Positions 38,816 through 48,317 of a stretch of 64,000 nt of DNA are shown one piece after another. A program made the translations under genes and the position numbers. Source of the DNA: Nitrospirota bacterium (GTDB taxonomy: Bacteria > Nitrospirota > UBA9217). A model generated the notes under the pieces. That model was given only the letters and a program-made list of their open reading frames with translations, had not been told where the DNA came from and searched no databases. The DNA lies in the NCBI GenBank assembly GCA_023229435.1, contig JALNZF010000013.1:10433-74432 (forward strand), in the 5' to 3' direction. Within the stretch, counting starts at the first letter, position 1, and the number at the start of each line of letters is the position of its first letter.

Positions 38816-40717
38816 TTATTTAAGCTCCACGGCGGCATCACCCGCTGTCCTGAGCGCCGGGTTGGAGGTGAACAAGATCACCTGGGTCTTCGCACCGAGG
38901 GTACGAAGGACCTGGCACGCCGCCTTCTGCCTCGCTGGATCGAGATCCGCGAGCGGATCGTCGAGAATGAACGGAAATCGCCTTTTCCCGGCGAGCGCCT
39001 CGACAAGACCGGCCCGGAGACAGAAGTAAATCAGGCTCCTGGTCCCGTGGCTCAGTTCCGGGTAGGCCACCACCGAGTCATCGTTGGCATGCACGATTGG
39101 ATCACCTTCCTGGCCGGCCTCGAGCCTTACATACTTGCCCGCGGTAACCGCAACCAGGTTCCTCTGGGCCGCCGCCTCGACCGCCGGGACAAGCGTCTCC
39201 ATCTCGATCCCTCCGGCCCTGCTTGCAATTCTCAGATCCTCAAGGAATCCGCCGTGACTGATGGTTGCAGAAAAATCCGCAAGATCATCGGGCAGTTCCT
39301 GCGCTTCAGCGCCGAAATCCCATGACGCCCCGGCGGACGCATTGGACACGTTGGAGTCCAATCGTTCGATATCCTGCCGTATACTGTAGGTGTCCACGTT
39401 GTTCCGGGCGACTGCCTGCGCCGCCTTTTCAAGTTCCACGATCTCCTGCTGCTTATGCTCATACTGCTGTCGGAGAGTTTTCGGGGTAAGGCCTTCAAAG
39501 CTGCGCTGGTGCTGCTCTTCAATATCGTCCGCGAGGGAGCGAAAATGGCGGTAGTTCTCTGCCTTTTCTTTGAGTTCAGCCGGTGTTGAGGCCCCCGCCA
39601 GGCGCATAGTGGCCGTGACACTTGCCCCGTCCTGCTGAAAACGTCGTTCAAGGCCGACAAGCTCCTGTTTCAGATCTTCCTCATCTCTCATAATCTTCTT
39701 GCGCCGCATATTCTTCCGGGAACCGTTGTACCACCCTCCGGCCATCAGGATAAGCGACAGGAGAAGGCCGGCAGGAAAAAGGAGTGCCAGCTCTTCCGTA
39801 AGCACGAACACGCCGGCCAGGATCGAGAGGACCCCCACCGTGACTCCGGCGATGAACAACGTGTCCGTAACAAGGTTCACGGCCGGTATCGCCGCAAGCT
39901 GCATCGTCAGCCCTTCGATCTGCTTGTTGAGCTCATCAGCATCCGCCTGTTTTTGGACCTGACGCCGCTCATAGGCCTCGATAAGCGCGGGAAGGTCCTG
40001 GGGCATCTTCTCGTACCCCTTGAGCGAATCGAGCGTTGACGCTATCTCCGCCTTTTTCTGTTCGATCTCTCCGAGTGAGCCTGTTTTTTTTTCAATTTCT
40101 TCCAGGGCAAGTTTGGCTGACTGGTACTTGTACTCGGCGTCCGCGGCCTCCTCCGCCAAGCGAAGGGACTCACGAAGTTCGGCAAGCCTTTCCCGATCTC
40201 CGGATGACTTCCCCCCCTCGGGTGGAACTCGCGTACCCGGCGCCGAACGCGGCTCCGCAGCTGACGCAATCGTGCCCGATCGGGCCGCGTGGTGCTCCCG
40301 CTGAAATATAAAAATCCTGGAGAAGTCCTCTTCGGTCATCCCCGTGGTCACCCTGCCCATGAACTGCACCGCGTTGTCCCAGTCCTTGTGCAAAAGGGTG
40401 TAGTCCTTGCTGGTCGCATTGTAGCGGGAAAGGTTCACGGCGCGTTTTGAAAAATCCTGGATGATGCGGAAGTATGCCCCGTCGTCGGTACACAGTACGA
40501 GCGCCGAACGTGAGGCATCGGGCGCATGCCTTGATACGAGCGCTTCGAGAAGTGCCGTCTGATTGCTTGGAAATAGAAGCCGCCGCAGGGAGTCTGCTGC
40601 CGTGGTCTTTCCCGACTCATTGCCGGCAACAACAATATTGAAATCGTCCTTGAATCTCAACCGGGCAAGTTCCCGAAATCCCCTTACTCCCTGCAGAACG
40701 AGCTCCACCAGGAACAT
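38816..40717 (-). CDS. SMC/RecF-like ABC-type ATPase with coiled-coil and internal transmembrane hairpin
   Basis: Walker A reads GNESGKTT. The C-terminal signature/Walker B region reads LSHGTRS...FPFILDDPLADLD. Two hydrophobic helices lie mid-protein. The start is ambiguous between 40738 and 40717. Confidence 0.6.
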   Translation of the reverse strand: MFLVELVLQGVRGFRELARLRFKDDFNIVVAGNESGKTTAADSLRRLLFPSNQTALLEALVSRHAPDASRSALVLCTDDGAYFRIIQDFSKRAVNLSRYNATSKDYTLLHKDWDNAVQFMGRVTTGMTEEDFSRIFIFQREHHAARSGTIASAAEPRSAPGTRVPPEGGKSSGDRERLAELRESLRLAEEAADAEYKYQSAKLALEEIEKKTGSLGEIEQKKAEIASTLDSLKGYEKMPQDLPALIEAYERRQVQKQADADELNKQIEGLTMQLAAIPAVNLVTDTLFIAGVTVGVLSILAGVFVLTEELALLFPAGLLLSLILMAGGWYNGSRKNMRRKKIMRDEEDLKQELVGLERRFQQDGASVTATMRLAGASTPAELKEKAENYRHFRSLADDIEEQHQRSFEGLTPKTLRQQYEHKQQEIVELEKAAQAVARNNVDTYSIRQDIERLDSNVSNASAGASWDFGAEAQELPDDLADFSATISHGGFLEDLRIASRAGGIEMETLVPAVEAAAQRNLVAVTAGKYVRLEAGQEGDPIVHANDDSVVAYPELSHGTRSLIYFCLRAGLVEALAGKRRFPFILDDPLADLDPARQKAACQVLRTLGAKTQVILFTSNPALRTAGDAAVELK

Positions 40718-40794
40718 GAATAAGGCTCCTTTTCTCAATTAATTTCGTACTATAACGCAAGTGGGTGAAAGTTGCAACAGGGAAAAAGGTTCCC

Positions 40795-42348
40795 TCACAG
40801 CATCTCCAGCGACTTCCTAAGCGCCTCGGCCTTCTGGAGGGTCTCGAAGTATTCCTGCTCGGGAACGGAATCCGCAACGATCCCGGCCCCGACCTGGATA
40901 TGCGCGATCCCGTCCTTCACCACAAAGGTCCTGATGATGATGTTCAGGTCCATGTCGCCGGTGTTCGACAGGTATCCGATGGAGCCGGTATAGGGTCCGC
41001 GCGCCATGGGTTCAAGCTCGTTGATGATCTCCATGCATCGGACCTTTGGCACGCCCGTGATCGTGCCTCCCGGAAAAACAGCGCGCAGCAGGTCGAAGGC
41101 GTCCCGCCCCGGCGCAAGCGTTCCCCGGACATTCGAAACGATATGAATAACGTGGGAATAATCCTCCACGACCATCATTTCATCCACCCGGACCGTCCCG
41201 TACTCGCACACCCTGCCGAGGTCGTTCCGCTCGAGATCGAGCAGCATGATATGCTCCGCCCGTTCCTTTTCGTTAGTCAGGAGTTCCGCGGAAAGCGTTC
41301 TTGTTTCCGTGCCGTCCTTTCCCCTCCGGCGGGTGCCCGCGATCGGCCTCGTATCGGCGGTCCCATTATGGAGGCGGACCAGACGCTCAGGGGAAGAGCT
41401 CACCAGCTGCAGGTCACCGAAATCAAGGTATGCGGAAAACGGCGACGGATTGATGTTTCGCAGAATGGTGTATAAGCGAAGCGGGTCCGCATCATTGATC
41501 GATGCCGAGAGCCGCTGGGAAAGATTCGCCTGATAGATGTCCCCTGCCGCGATATATTCCTTGCACTGCATGACCATTGCTTCAAATTGGTTTTTCGTCA
41601 CGTTCGGCGTGAGGCTGAAGCGCTTCGCGTCGCTTTTTTCAGAGACGTGAGCATCGCTCCTGTCACTCTGAGCTATCAGCTTTGAGCGAAGAGCCGTGAC
41701 TCGCTGTTCCGCCTCATCATAAAGCCTGCCCCACTGGTCCGGCTCCGGTCTCCGGAAGCCCATCTCCTGCTCCCGGGCGCCCGGGTTGACGATCACCCAG
41801 GCCTTTTCCAGGATATGATCAAAGGCAACAACCCTGTCCACGAACATAAAATACGCCTCGGGAATGTCGAGATCGATCCGCGCCTTGCGCGGAAGCTTCT
41901 CGATCTGATGCGCAAAATCGTACGAGAAGAACCCCACCGCACCTCCGGTGAATGGGGGCAGTCCGTCAACCCGCGCTGTCCGGTAATTGGCGAGCAGCTC
42001 ACGCAGCTTCACGAGCGGCTTCCGGTTCATGGATGTCCGCCTTCCATATTTGCCCGCGGGCGTGACCGGCAGGCTGAGTTCCACAGCATCCCCGCGGGAC
42101 TTGAAAATCAGGTAGGGGTCCGCCGTGACAAACGAATACCGTCCGATCTTGTCGTTCACCCGGGCGCTTTCGAGAAGAACAGGGTTGCCTTCCTTCCTGA
42201 TGGACTCAAGCGCCGATAGCGGCGTGAGTCGCGGCAGGTCGAGTTCAACGGAAAGAGGCAGGATCTTCCCGGACCGAAGCGCATCGAGGAATTCATTTTT
42301 TGAGGGCTTGATCGAATGCATAATAAAGTGGGGAAATTCTAAAGGCAA
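40795..42348 (-). CDS. Chorismate-binding enzyme, anthranilate/aminodeoxychorismate synthase component I
   Basis: The family is TrpE/PabB (LERNDLGRV...PGGTITGVPK). No adjacent trpG/trpD is present, so pabB-like is favoured. Confidence 0.8.
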   Translation of the reverse strand: MPLEFPHFIMHSIKPSKNEFLDALRSGKILPLSVELDLPRLTPLSALESIRKEGNPVLLESARVNDKIGRYSFVTADPYLIFKSRGDAVELSLPVTPAGKYGRRTSMNRKPLVKLRELLANYRTARVDGLPPFTGGAVGFFSYDFAHQIEKLPRKARIDLDIPEAYFMFVDRVVAFDHILEKAWVIVNPGAREQEMGFRRPEPDQWGRLYDEAEQRVTALRSKLIAQSDRSDAHVSEKSDAKRFSLTPNVTKNQFEAMVMQCKEYIAAGDIYQANLSQRLSASINDADPLRLYTILRNINPSPFSAYLDFGDLQLVSSSPERLVRLHNGTADTRPIAGTRRRGKDGTETRTLSAELLTNEKERAEHIMLLDLERNDLGRVCEYGTVRVDEMMVVEDYSHVIHIVSNVRGTLAPGRDAFDLLRAVFPGGTITGVPKVRCMEIINELEPMARGPYTGSIGYLSNTGDMDLNIIIRTFVVKDGIAHIQVGAGIVADSVPEQEYFETLQKAEALRKSLEML

Positions 42349-42489
42349 TTCATCAACGGGTCAAGACAATTCTTAAAATAAATCCCGCAGAATGACTCAG
42401 GTTGTGCTATATTATAGTCAGCAAGGAGACATCGATCTTTCTAAAGAAACGCACCAGGTTCACAGGGCGTTGCCGGACCATCACCGACT

Positions 42490-42790
42490 AGGTGTAGAGA
42501 TGATAACCCGTTCTGAGGGGAATCAAGCACCGTGCCGGATGGAGAGCCGAAACCGGTAAGAAATCCGCAAGTTGAGCAGATATTCACCGGTTGATTCACA
42601 GGCTGCCATTAAGCACGGAAGAGCCGAATACCCCGAAGCCGAGGGAATTTGCGGGACGAAAGGAACAATGAGCTTCACAGGGTCTGCTGAGCAGAGCCAC
42701 AGAAGCAGCCATTGAGATCCCCGCAGAGAATTCCCGGCTAAACGGAATATCAGTAACGGTCCGCGGGCAACGCCTTTTTTTTATTTTCAT
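42490..42790 (+). ncRNA. Candidate cobalamin (B12) riboswitch-like element ending in a terminator-like T-run
   Basis: Hand matches to B12-element landmarks include GGGGAAUC, GAGAGCCGAAACCGGUAAG (cf. GCnGnCCCGCAACnGUAAG), CACAGGCUGCCAUU...GGAAGAGCC (cf. CCACUG...GGGAAGG) and AGCCACAG. A T8 run lies at 42775-42784. No covariance model was run. Confidence 0.3.
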
Positions 42791-42923
42791 CCTCTCTCCC
42801 GGAGCTACACTGCTCCCGATACCAGGACCTCTCCAACGCACACAATCTTTCACTCGACAAAATAATAAAAATATTTTAAACTATTTCTCTGCATGGCCTA
42901 TGCATTGACGGAGGAAATCAGCG

Positions 42924-43316
42924 ATGAACCATATCATGGACGTTAAGATCTATTACGAGGACACGGACTGCGGCGGAGTCGTGTACTATGCCAACTACCT
43001 GCGCTACATGGAGCGGGCGCGGACCGAGTACTTGGCGTCCCGGGGCTCTTCGGTCAAAACGCTGATGGATCAGGGCACGATCTTCATGGTGTTCCGTGTC
43101 GAGATCGACTACAAAGCTCCGGCACGGTACGGAGACACGATCGAGATCGAAACCTGGGTCAGTGACGTGACGCGGGCCACGATGATATTCGAACATGTGA
43201 TGCGGGAGAAGACGTCCCGTCGTGTTTTCGTCGAATGCAGGGCAAAGGTCGTCGCGGTCGATGCCAACGCAAGACCCAAACGCCTTCCCCAGGAGTATGT
43301 GGATAAGATCAAGTGA
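42924..43316 (+). CDS. 4HBT/YbgC-type acyl-CoA thioesterase
   Basis: The motif YEDTDCGGVVYYANYLRYMERAR matches the family. SD GGAGGAA is present. Confidence 0.8.
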   Translation: MNHIMDVKIYYEDTDCGGVVYYANYLRYMERARTEYLASRGSSVKTLMDQGTIFMVFRVEIDYKAPARYGDTIEIETWVSDVTRATMIFEHVMREKTSRRVFVECRAKVVAVDANARPKRLPQEYVDKIK

Positions 43317-44047
43317 CGATCCTGACCCATGACAGCATTTCTCTACGGAGCTCCGGTGTGGTGAGCATCACCCAGCCTGAAAAAGGCTTTCGATTCACCC
43401 TTGACAGCCTTCTGCTCGCTGACTTCTGCCGCGCTCAGAAGCGCGACCGCATACTCGAACCGGGCGCGGGAACCGGGATCATTTCACTTCTGCTTGCGCG
43501 AAAATATCCGGGAGCGCGGTTCATTGCCGCTGAAATCGAACCCCAGGCTTTCAACCTCCTCTGCCGGAATATCGAGCACAATGGACTCGCTGACGCCATC
43601 GTGCCTCTTGATCGTGACATACGACGTCTCGGCCGATCGATCACAGAGAGCTCGTTCGATGTCATCATCGCAAATCCGCCCTATACCAGATGCGGAACCG
43701 GCAGAACAAGCCCCTCCCGTGAACGGCAAACCGCGCGTCAGGACCAGACCGCGTCTCTCTCTTGCTGGCTCGATCTCCAAATCTTGTTAAAGAACAAGGG
43801 GAAATACTTCCTCGTCTTTCCCGCACGCCGCGCAGCAGAATTGATGTCTCTCTTGCGGGAGCGGGGGATGGAACCAAAGCGCCTTCGGTGTGTGCATCCT
43901 TTTCATGACAAACCTGCGTCGCTCGTGCTGATCGAAGCGATCAAGACCAAAGGGATCGGTCTTGATATTCTGCCGCCGCTGGTCGTTCATGAACGGGGTG
44001 GTGGTTATACGGAAGAGATGCAGGAGATCTATGGGATGGTTGGATGA
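43313..44047 (+). CDS. SAM-dependent N6-adenine methyltransferase (NPPY motif; TrmN6/YfiC-like)
   Basis: The motifs ILEPGAGTG and IIANPPY are present. Confidence 0.75.
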   Translation: MTILTHDSISLRSSGVVSITQPEKGFRFTLDSLLLADFCRAQKRDRILEPGAGTGIISLLLARKYPGARFIAAEIEPQAFNLLCRNIEHNGLADAIVPLDRDIRRLGRSITESSFDVIIANPPYTRCGTGRTSPSRERQTARQDQTASLSCWLDLQILLKNKGKYFLVFPARRAAELMSLLRERGMEPKRLRCVHPFHDKPASLVLIEAIKTKGIGLDILPPLVVHERGGGYTEEMQEIYGMVG

Positions 44048-44118
44048 TGGAATGCCCTGTCAATCCTTTCCCCTTGCTCCAAGCCTCCTGACCCCCGAAC
44101 CTCGAACCCTGAACCCTT

Positions 44119-44976
44119 TTACTTATGCCTTATAAACGTCCCGTTCCGATACTCTTCAAACGCAGTCTCCAGTTCCTCATCCGTATTCATCACGATCGGT
44201 CCAAACCACGCCACCGGTTCTCTGATCGGCCTGCCCGAGATCAGCAGGAAGCGCACCGCGTCGTCCTCTGTTGAAACAACAACCTGATCGCCATCGGCAA
44301 AAAGACAGAGCGTCCCATTCCCGATGAATGCCTTCTTCAGATCATCGAAATGGCCCTTGCCTTCGATGACGTAGGCGAACACCGTATGCCCGCGTTTCGT
44401 TGCATGGATGAATTCCGTTTTCGCGGGTACCGTTATGTCGAGATACTCCGGATCGATGACAATGTCCTTCACCGGTCCCTGGTTATCATCCACCCTGCCG
44501 CAGATGACCTTTATCTTGCCGCCGTTCTCCAGCACGACCTCCGGCACCTGTCGGCTTTTTATGTCCCGGTACCGCGGTTCCATCATCTTATGGGACCTCG
44601 GGAGATTGGCCCAGAGCTGAAACCCCTCCATGCGTCCATCCGGACCTCCCTTCGGCATTTCCTGATGGATGATGCCGCTTCCCGCGGTCATCCATTGCGT
44701 GTCGCCGGACGAGATGACGCCTTTGTTCCCCATGCTGTCGCCGTGCTCAACATCGCCCGTGAGCATATACGTGATCGTTTCGATCCCGCGATGCGGATGC
44801 CAGGGGAAGCCCTTGAGATACTGTTCTGGATTGTCCGAGCGGAAATCGTCGAGCAGTAAGAACGGATCGAACAGCGGGAGTTCGCTGAATCCGAATACCC
44901 TCTTAAGATGCACCCCGGCGCCTTCGAGTGTCGGCTTGCTTTTGATGATTTTCTGTATCTTTCTTGTGTCTTTCAT
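44119..44976 (-). CDS. Pirin-family protein
   Basis: The cupin His motifs read HPHRGIETITYML and IIHQE. Confidence 0.85.
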   Translation of the reverse strand: MKDTRKIQKIIKSKPTLEGAGVHLKRVFGFSELPLFDPFLLLDDFRSDNPEQYLKGFPWHPHRGIETITYMLTGDVEHGDSMGNKGVISSGDTQWMTAGSGIIHQEMPKGGPDGRMEGFQLWANLPRSHKMMEPRYRDIKSRQVPEVVLENGGKIKVICGRVDDNQGPVKDIVIDPEYLDITVPAKTEFIHATKRGHTVFAYVIEGKGHFDDLKKAFIGNGTLCLFADGDQVVVSTEDDAVRFLLISGRPIREPVAWFGPIVMNTDEELETAFEEYRNGTFIRHK

Positions 44977-45328
44977 GGCGTACCTCCATTAAAATCCTCA
45001 CGCAATATAACAACAAGAGCCGGATTTTACCGCCGGCAATGTCTATTTGTATCAATGACTTGACGATGTAATTATATTACCACAAACGCGACCAGGGCGA
45101 TGCCGGGTCCGGCAATGGCAAATACATGGAAAAACCTCTGCTCCCGGGTGGATAAGGCACAAAATAGACCCCAAAACTAAGGTTGCTTTTATTCAAAAAA
45201 CGTGAGATAATAACGACATCGGAATAAGATTTTACAAAAAGGCCGCAGAGGACCAAACGAAAAAGGCCACAAGGACAGGCGTCTTTGCGGCTTTTCCATT
45301 TTGAGTACGTTTGTCAGAAAGGAACACC

Positions 45329-45715
45329 ATGGCGCTTAAGCAAAATTACAAGGAAAAGCTGGAAGTGAAACGAAACGCTATGCTCGCCGCTGGTTTGGTT
45401 TCCGAACGGTTTCCCGCGGTTTCAAACATCATGTTTCGCATGACCTATTACCAAAGGACAGCGGACCCGGTCCTGATGACGCGTACCATAAGCTTTAATC
45501 CCACTAATTACGCCTGTTTTCACCTCGAATGCATGCGGGAAGAATGCACCAACGGCGGTTTTGACCTGGCGCCGGTGGTTGCCGGTCTGATCAAAAATAA
45601 TAAGAAATCTGTATCAGGAAAGATCGTCTGCAACGGAAAAAGCGAGGACCTCCGGCATGGTCATGCCAGCATCGCCTATGAGGTCAGCGTCCAGTACAAC
45701 AAGCAGGCTAAATAA
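45329..45715 (+). CDS. Hypothetical protein
   Basis: An ATG at 45329 is preceded by GAAAGGAAC. The listed ORF starts at TTG 45311. Confidence 0.45.
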   Translation: MALKQNYKEKLEVKRNAMLAAGLVSERFPAVSNIMFRMTYYQRTADPVLMTRTISFNPTNYACFHLECMREECTNGGFDLAPVVAGLIKNNKKSVSGKIVCNGKSEDLRHGHASIAYEVSVQYNKQAK

Positions 45716-45761
45716 GGTTTCTCTCTTCCTCACAGGACCCCAACAAGCAATGTTTCGCCTC

Positions 45762-45796
45762 CCCGCGGTCAGATGCTGACCGCGCACTGTTTTTCC
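45762..45796 (+). terminator. Rho-independent terminator
   Basis: The stem gcggtcag-atg-ctgaccgc is followed by GCACTGTTTTTCC. Confidence 0.7.
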
Positions 45797-45804
45797 CTTG
45801 TCTC

Positions 45805-45833
45805 TTGACTTTCAGCGATCCTTTGCCTATTCT
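45805..45833 (+). promoter_or_regulatory. Candidate sigma-70 promoter (-35 TTGACT, 17-nt spacer, -10 TATTCT)
   Basis: Seen in the sequence about 20 nt upstream of the 45854 gene. Confidence 0.4.
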
Positions 45834-45853
45834 CTTTAACAGAATCCGGAACG

Positions 45854-46966
45854 ATGACGATCAAAAAACACATAAGCACGATCATCCTGCTGCTGCTGAT
45901 CGTCCTGCACCACTCCGTGGCAGCCTGGGCACAAGGCGAAGATACGTCCCCTCCCGCGGCGACCACGCAGGAACAGGAGTCGCAAGCATCACAGGGACAG
46001 CCTTCGGAAACCGTGGAACCAACGACTGCGCCGCTTGTCGAAACTCTGCGATCAGCCCCCTCGGACACGTCATCGAAACCCCGGGCGGCCGACCCGAAGA
46101 TGGGTTTTATTGATGCGCTGCACGGCCAAATATCCGACCGGCTTCTTACGACCGCGGTCTGGCTGGACTCCTTTTTCGAGGACGAGCGCGTGGAGAAAGA
46201 AATAAACCGGTCATATATACGGGTCCGGTATGATGTTTTTCATGAAGAGCGGGCTGGAGCTACATACCGGCCGACGGTCAGTATGCGCCTGGCGCTGCCG
46301 CAGCTGGAGAAGAAGGCCCATCTTGTCGTCTCGGCTGAGCAGCCCGAACCCGCGTCAAGCACCCCTGTCCCGGCAGGCACGACCGGAGACCGTATCGGGA
46401 AGACCGACGAGCGAAATGTCACCACCGCGGTCCACTATGTTCTCCGTTCCACTGAGGAACAAAATTTTATTGTGAGGAGTGGAGCGCAGTTCAGTCATGG
46501 GTCGCCCGTATTGTTCGTCGCACCCCGGTACCGGTACTTTGTCCCGCTCACGACATGGGATTTCCGGTTCACGCAGGAGGCTGTCTGGAAAACGGACACC
46601 AAGTGGCAGGTGGACACGCTCTTGGATCTCGAGCGGCAGCTCCCGCGCGGGTTCTTTTTCCGCTCGAGCCTCGGCGGCACCTGGCTGGATGGCACCAATG
46701 GATATTTTTACAGTCTCAGCTTCTCGCTTCGCCAGCCCCTCGATGCGAAGCACGCCCTTGACTATGCGTGGATCAACAGCTATCAAACCAGACCGAACTA
46801 CCAATTGTCCGAGATCCTTTTCACTATCCGATACCGCCAGAACGTATGGAGGGACTGGTTCTTTTTCGAGGTGGCCCCCCAGCTGCGGTTCCCCCGGTCT
46901 GGAAACTTCGACGGCACTCCCGGGATCCTGTTCCGGCTTGAACTGTATTTCGGGAAAAAGGTTTAG
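45854..46966 (+). CDS. Secreted hypothetical protein (signal peptide, predicted beta-rich)
   Basis: The signal peptide reads MTIKKHISTIILLLLIVLHHSVAAWA. Confidence 0.5.
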   Translation: MTIKKHISTIILLLLIVLHHSVAAWAQGEDTSPPAATTQEQESQASQGQPSETVEPTTAPLVETLRSAPSDTSSKPRAADPKMGFIDALHGQISDRLLTTAVWLDSFFEDERVEKEINRSYIRVRYDVFHEERAGATYRPTVSMRLALPQLEKKAHLVVSAEQPEPASSTPVPAGTTGDRIGKTDERNVTTAVHYVLRSTEEQNFIVRSGAQFSHGSPVLFVAPRYRYFVPLTTWDFRFTQEAVWKTDTKWQVDTLLDLERQLPRGFFFRSSLGGTWLDGTNGYFYSLSFSLRQPLDAKHALDYAWINSYQTRPNYQLSEILFTIRYRQNVWRDWFFFEVAPQLRFPRSGNFDGTPGILFRLELYFGKKV

Positions 46967-47093
46967 CAGAAAAAGGGAAATGCAGAATGAGCGTCACATG
47001 ACAGGTCAACAGGCAAATGCGGTCGCGACAATATTCGATACCATCAGAATCCTCAATAAAGACGGGGGTGTTCTGCGGAAAGTCACCCCTCTG

Positions 47094-47615
47094 TCACGCA
47101 TCGCCTTTTTGACCGATGAAGTAATCGCTCTTTTCCTTGAAAAGAATGTTGAAGGTGGTAAGCGATCCGTATATGCGCGTGAGGTACTGCTGCAGTTCCA
47201 CCTTTTCATTGTCCGTAAGGACCTTGTGGCCGTTGATCTGGGTTTCCATGACCCGCAGACGGTCGCGGACCATCACGATCTTATGAAAGAACGTCTCGAT
47301 GGGCACGCTCTTTGACGCAAGTTTCGAATCGCCCGGCTTGAGGACCATCTCGCCGCCCTTCCAGCGGGCGCCCAATTCGGTCTGCGGCAGGTCTTCCCGG
47401 CTGACCTCGAACGCCGCGAGCTTCATCATATCGTAGGCCGCCATCTCGGCGTCGGTCAGCACCAGAAGTTCCTCGGCCGCCACCACGGTCTTTCTGTCCA
47501 TGCGGGGAAAATGGACCGTGCACTGCTGATCGTCCCCCCCGCCGGATGTCTCCTCGACGCGGCCGATGCCGAATTGCTCGTGTCGCACCAGATCGCCCTG
47601 GATCATGTTCCCCAT
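47094..47615 (-). CDS. Hypothetical protein
   Basis: The call rests on the ORF alone. It is co-directional with the downstream two-component genes. Confidence 0.4.
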   Translation of the reverse strand: MGNMIQGDLVRHEQFGIGRVEETSGGGDDQQCTVHFPRMDRKTVVAAEELLVLTDAEMAAYDMMKLAAFEVSREDLPQTELGARWKGGEMVLKPGDSKLASKSVPIETFFHKIVMVRDRLRVMETQINGHKVLTDNEKVELQQYLTRIYGSLTTFNILFKEKSDYFIGQKGDA

Positions 47616-47669
47616 ATCAACCCTCCCTGATATCTGCTGAATATCGTTAACACCATGGATAACTGCCGA

Positions 47670-48317
47670 TTAAAATGCGTACTTCTCCAACTTCTCCAGC
47701 ACCTTGATATGGAGAAGTTCAGAGGGAATGATGCGGAGCTCTATTAGTTCACGGTTTCCCTCCAGCGGGTTTGTCGGCTGGGCAGCGGCCACAAAGGACG
47801 TCCCGTATCGTATCCCGAGCTGGGGCTCTGCGAAGAACAGCGCGTCCTGAATAAACCCGGCCGTCCGCTGCGCCTGCATCCTCTCCGCGGCATACGTCAT
47901 CCAGGTGCCGCTTGAAGTGAACCGCGAAACGATCAGGACAAGGCTGATATCAGATCGTGTCTGTTCATTGTCCATCAGCAGTAAAAAAATGCGGGCAAGC
48001 TTCTTGAGATTGGTCTGCGCCGAGGCCTTCAGGGCGCCGTCCCGCGAAAACAGGAACGACCTCTCGATGAGAATTGAGCTCGCTCGTATCTTGAGACCTT
48101 TGACCAATTCCGCTCCGAACTCTTTCTGAAATATCACTTTGATGCTCTTGGAAAATTCGTTTCGGGGCTGGGAAAGGGCAAGGGCCGGTTCCAGGAATCG
48201 CTGGATCTTGACTGCCCGATAGTAGAGCAGGGCGCTCAGGAGCACCAGGCCGATCAGCAGAATGCTGAGGACCGGGCCGGCAGGCGGCGTGTATCTCCAG
48301 AGGGATCTATCCTTCAT
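47670..48317 (-). CDS. Membrane-anchored hypothetical protein
   Basis: It has an N-terminal TM segment and overlaps the response-regulator stop. Confidence 0.45.
   Translation of the reverse strand: MKDRSLWRYTPPAGPVLSILLIGLVLLSALLYYRAVKIQRFLEPALALSQPRNEFSKSIKVIFQKEFGAELVKGLKIRASSILIERSFLFSRDGALKASAQTNLKKLARIFLLLMDNEQTRSDISLVLIVSRFTSSGTWMTYAAERMQAQRTAGFIQDALFFAEPQLGIRYGTSFVAAAQPTNPLEGNRELIELRIIPSELLHIKVLEKLEKYAF

Noticed and set aside
38816-40738. Calling the ATPase recN or recF
   Set aside because: The length, internal TM hairpin and domain spacing do not fit either protein, so the generic SMC-like call was kept.
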